Shown here in pieces: positions 62,940-64,000 of a DNA stretch of 64,000 bases; position 1 is the first letter of the stretch; the number at the start of each line of letters is the position of its first letter. Position numbers and translations under genes: made by a program. Below the pieces are notes generated by a model, which saw only the letters and a list, made by a program, of their open reading frames with translations, made no database searches and was not told where the DNA came from. Origin of the DNA: Guillardia theta CCMP2712 (Eukaryota; Protista; Cryptophyta); NCBI RefSeq assembly GCF_000315625.1, contig NW_005434663.1, positions 333,643 to 397,642 on the forward strand, in the 5' to 3' direction.

Positions 62940-63640
62940 CTTTCTGAGCGTCAGCGATCTTTGTTGGCACACCCCCTCCAGCTTCTCTACCCCACTTCGA
63001 GTACCAGAGCACCCGCCGCCGTCACCAGTGATGAACTTCTGTCTCAGTTTACCCCTCAGCGCAGGATCTGGCACTCGATTATGGAAAGTAGTAACCTAGG
63101 GATCTTTGAGCAGCAGCCCATCAGCTTGGTGGCTGCCGCTGACAAGTTTCTTCATGGGTTGCCGGTTGACCTCCCGCCGCACTGCGATAAATGCCACCAT
63201 CTTCTCCATCATCCTGGGGGGACCACACACATGGTAACCTGCGGGCACCGCAGCCCGTTATGGACTGATGCGCATGAGAAGTGCAATGCCGTCCTCAGTA
63301 CCCTCATCAAAGATTCAGGAGTGAGATGCCGCGTCCACGTGCAAGGCGTTCCCGGCACCAGGCAGAACGTTTCCCAGCATGGCCCTGAAGATCATCACGT
63401 AGGGGACTTCGAACTTCCGCAACTGCAGGCTACTGGAGGCCGATGGCATGGGTTAATCCTGGACTTCAGCATGTCACATGTTTTTGACAATGATGGAATA
63501 CCGGACCTGGCTCGGAGCAAACTGCAAGCAGCAGCACAGAGGAAGATCCTAGGGCATCGTAATGCATATGCTCAGCACGTCCCGCCAAAGGCCTTTCTTC
63601 CCAGAATTGCCAGCAGAGGAGAGCGCGGGGGTGGTGCTAG
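62940..63640 (+). mobile_element. Non-LTR retrotransposon fragment, RLE type (CRE/R2-like): zinc knuckle plus restriction-like endonuclease, no RT
   Basis: HCDKC...THMVTC (CCHC); AHEKCNAVLSTLIKDSG (RHD/N helix); VGDFELP (PD position); LILDFSMSH; AAAQRKILGHRNAY (KxxxY-like); AFLPRIASRG. Then breaks off into low-complexity DNA. Confidence 0.65.
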
Positions 63641-64000
63641 ACTCCTTTGTACAAGTTATAGAGTTTCGAGAAACAGATAAACAACTTGGGAACTTGATCC
63701 TCCTTTTTCTTCAGCTTGCTCCTCCTGTTTCTTTTCCTTCCTTTCTCCTCCTGATTCTGATGCTGCACCTCCTCCTCCTCCTCGACGACGACGACGACCC
63801 TCCTCCTCCTCCTCCTCCTCCTCCTCCTCATCATCATCATCATCCACCTCCTCCAACTCCTTTCCCTCCCCTCCCCCGTCCCCCTCCTCCTTTCCCCCCC
63901 CTTCCCCCCCCACCACAATTTTCTACTTCCCTCCTCCTCCTCCTCCTCCTCCTCCTCCTCCTCCTTCTCCTTCTCCTCCTCCTTCTCCTCCTCTTTCTCC

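Overview
Gene-dense eukaryotic nuclear DNA with short GT-AG introns (mostly about 40-60 nt) and several proteins carrying bipartite signal-plus-transit presequences. This points to an alga with a red secondary plastid, most likely a cryptophyte such as Guillardia (inference). About 20 genes were reconstructed by manual splicing. Clear housekeeping genes are SCO1, VTE3-type MPBQ/MSBQ methyltransferase, proteasome RPN2, QTRT1, a NEK-like kinase and two tandem PHO80/U-type cyclins. The unusual proteins are: (i) a type II membrane, coiled-coil, collagen, C-type lectin protein with the architecture of animal scavenger receptors/collectins; (ii) a signal-peptide-bearing malic enzyme homologue that has lost most catalytic residues, with its 3' half tandemly duplicated (3.17 kb); (iii) a single-domain voltage-gated channel (filter TFDDW) with a split PH/EF-hand N-terminus; (iv) a plastid Rieske-fold protein with CxxC/CxxC ligands; (v) a plastid SAP-PA-DUF2132 fusion; (vi) a 2xPH plus YjgN/DUF898-like membrane protein. 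Non-coding structure includes a 37-bp minisatellite, TACCCC clusters in divergent promoters, a dispersed repeat of about 180 bp, a three-copy motif with a 25-bp hairpin around the cyclin pair, and an RLE-type non-LTR retrotransposon fragment. Two 100-N gaps are present. Exon boundaries and domain calls come from eye-reading and remembered family motifs, not database searches.
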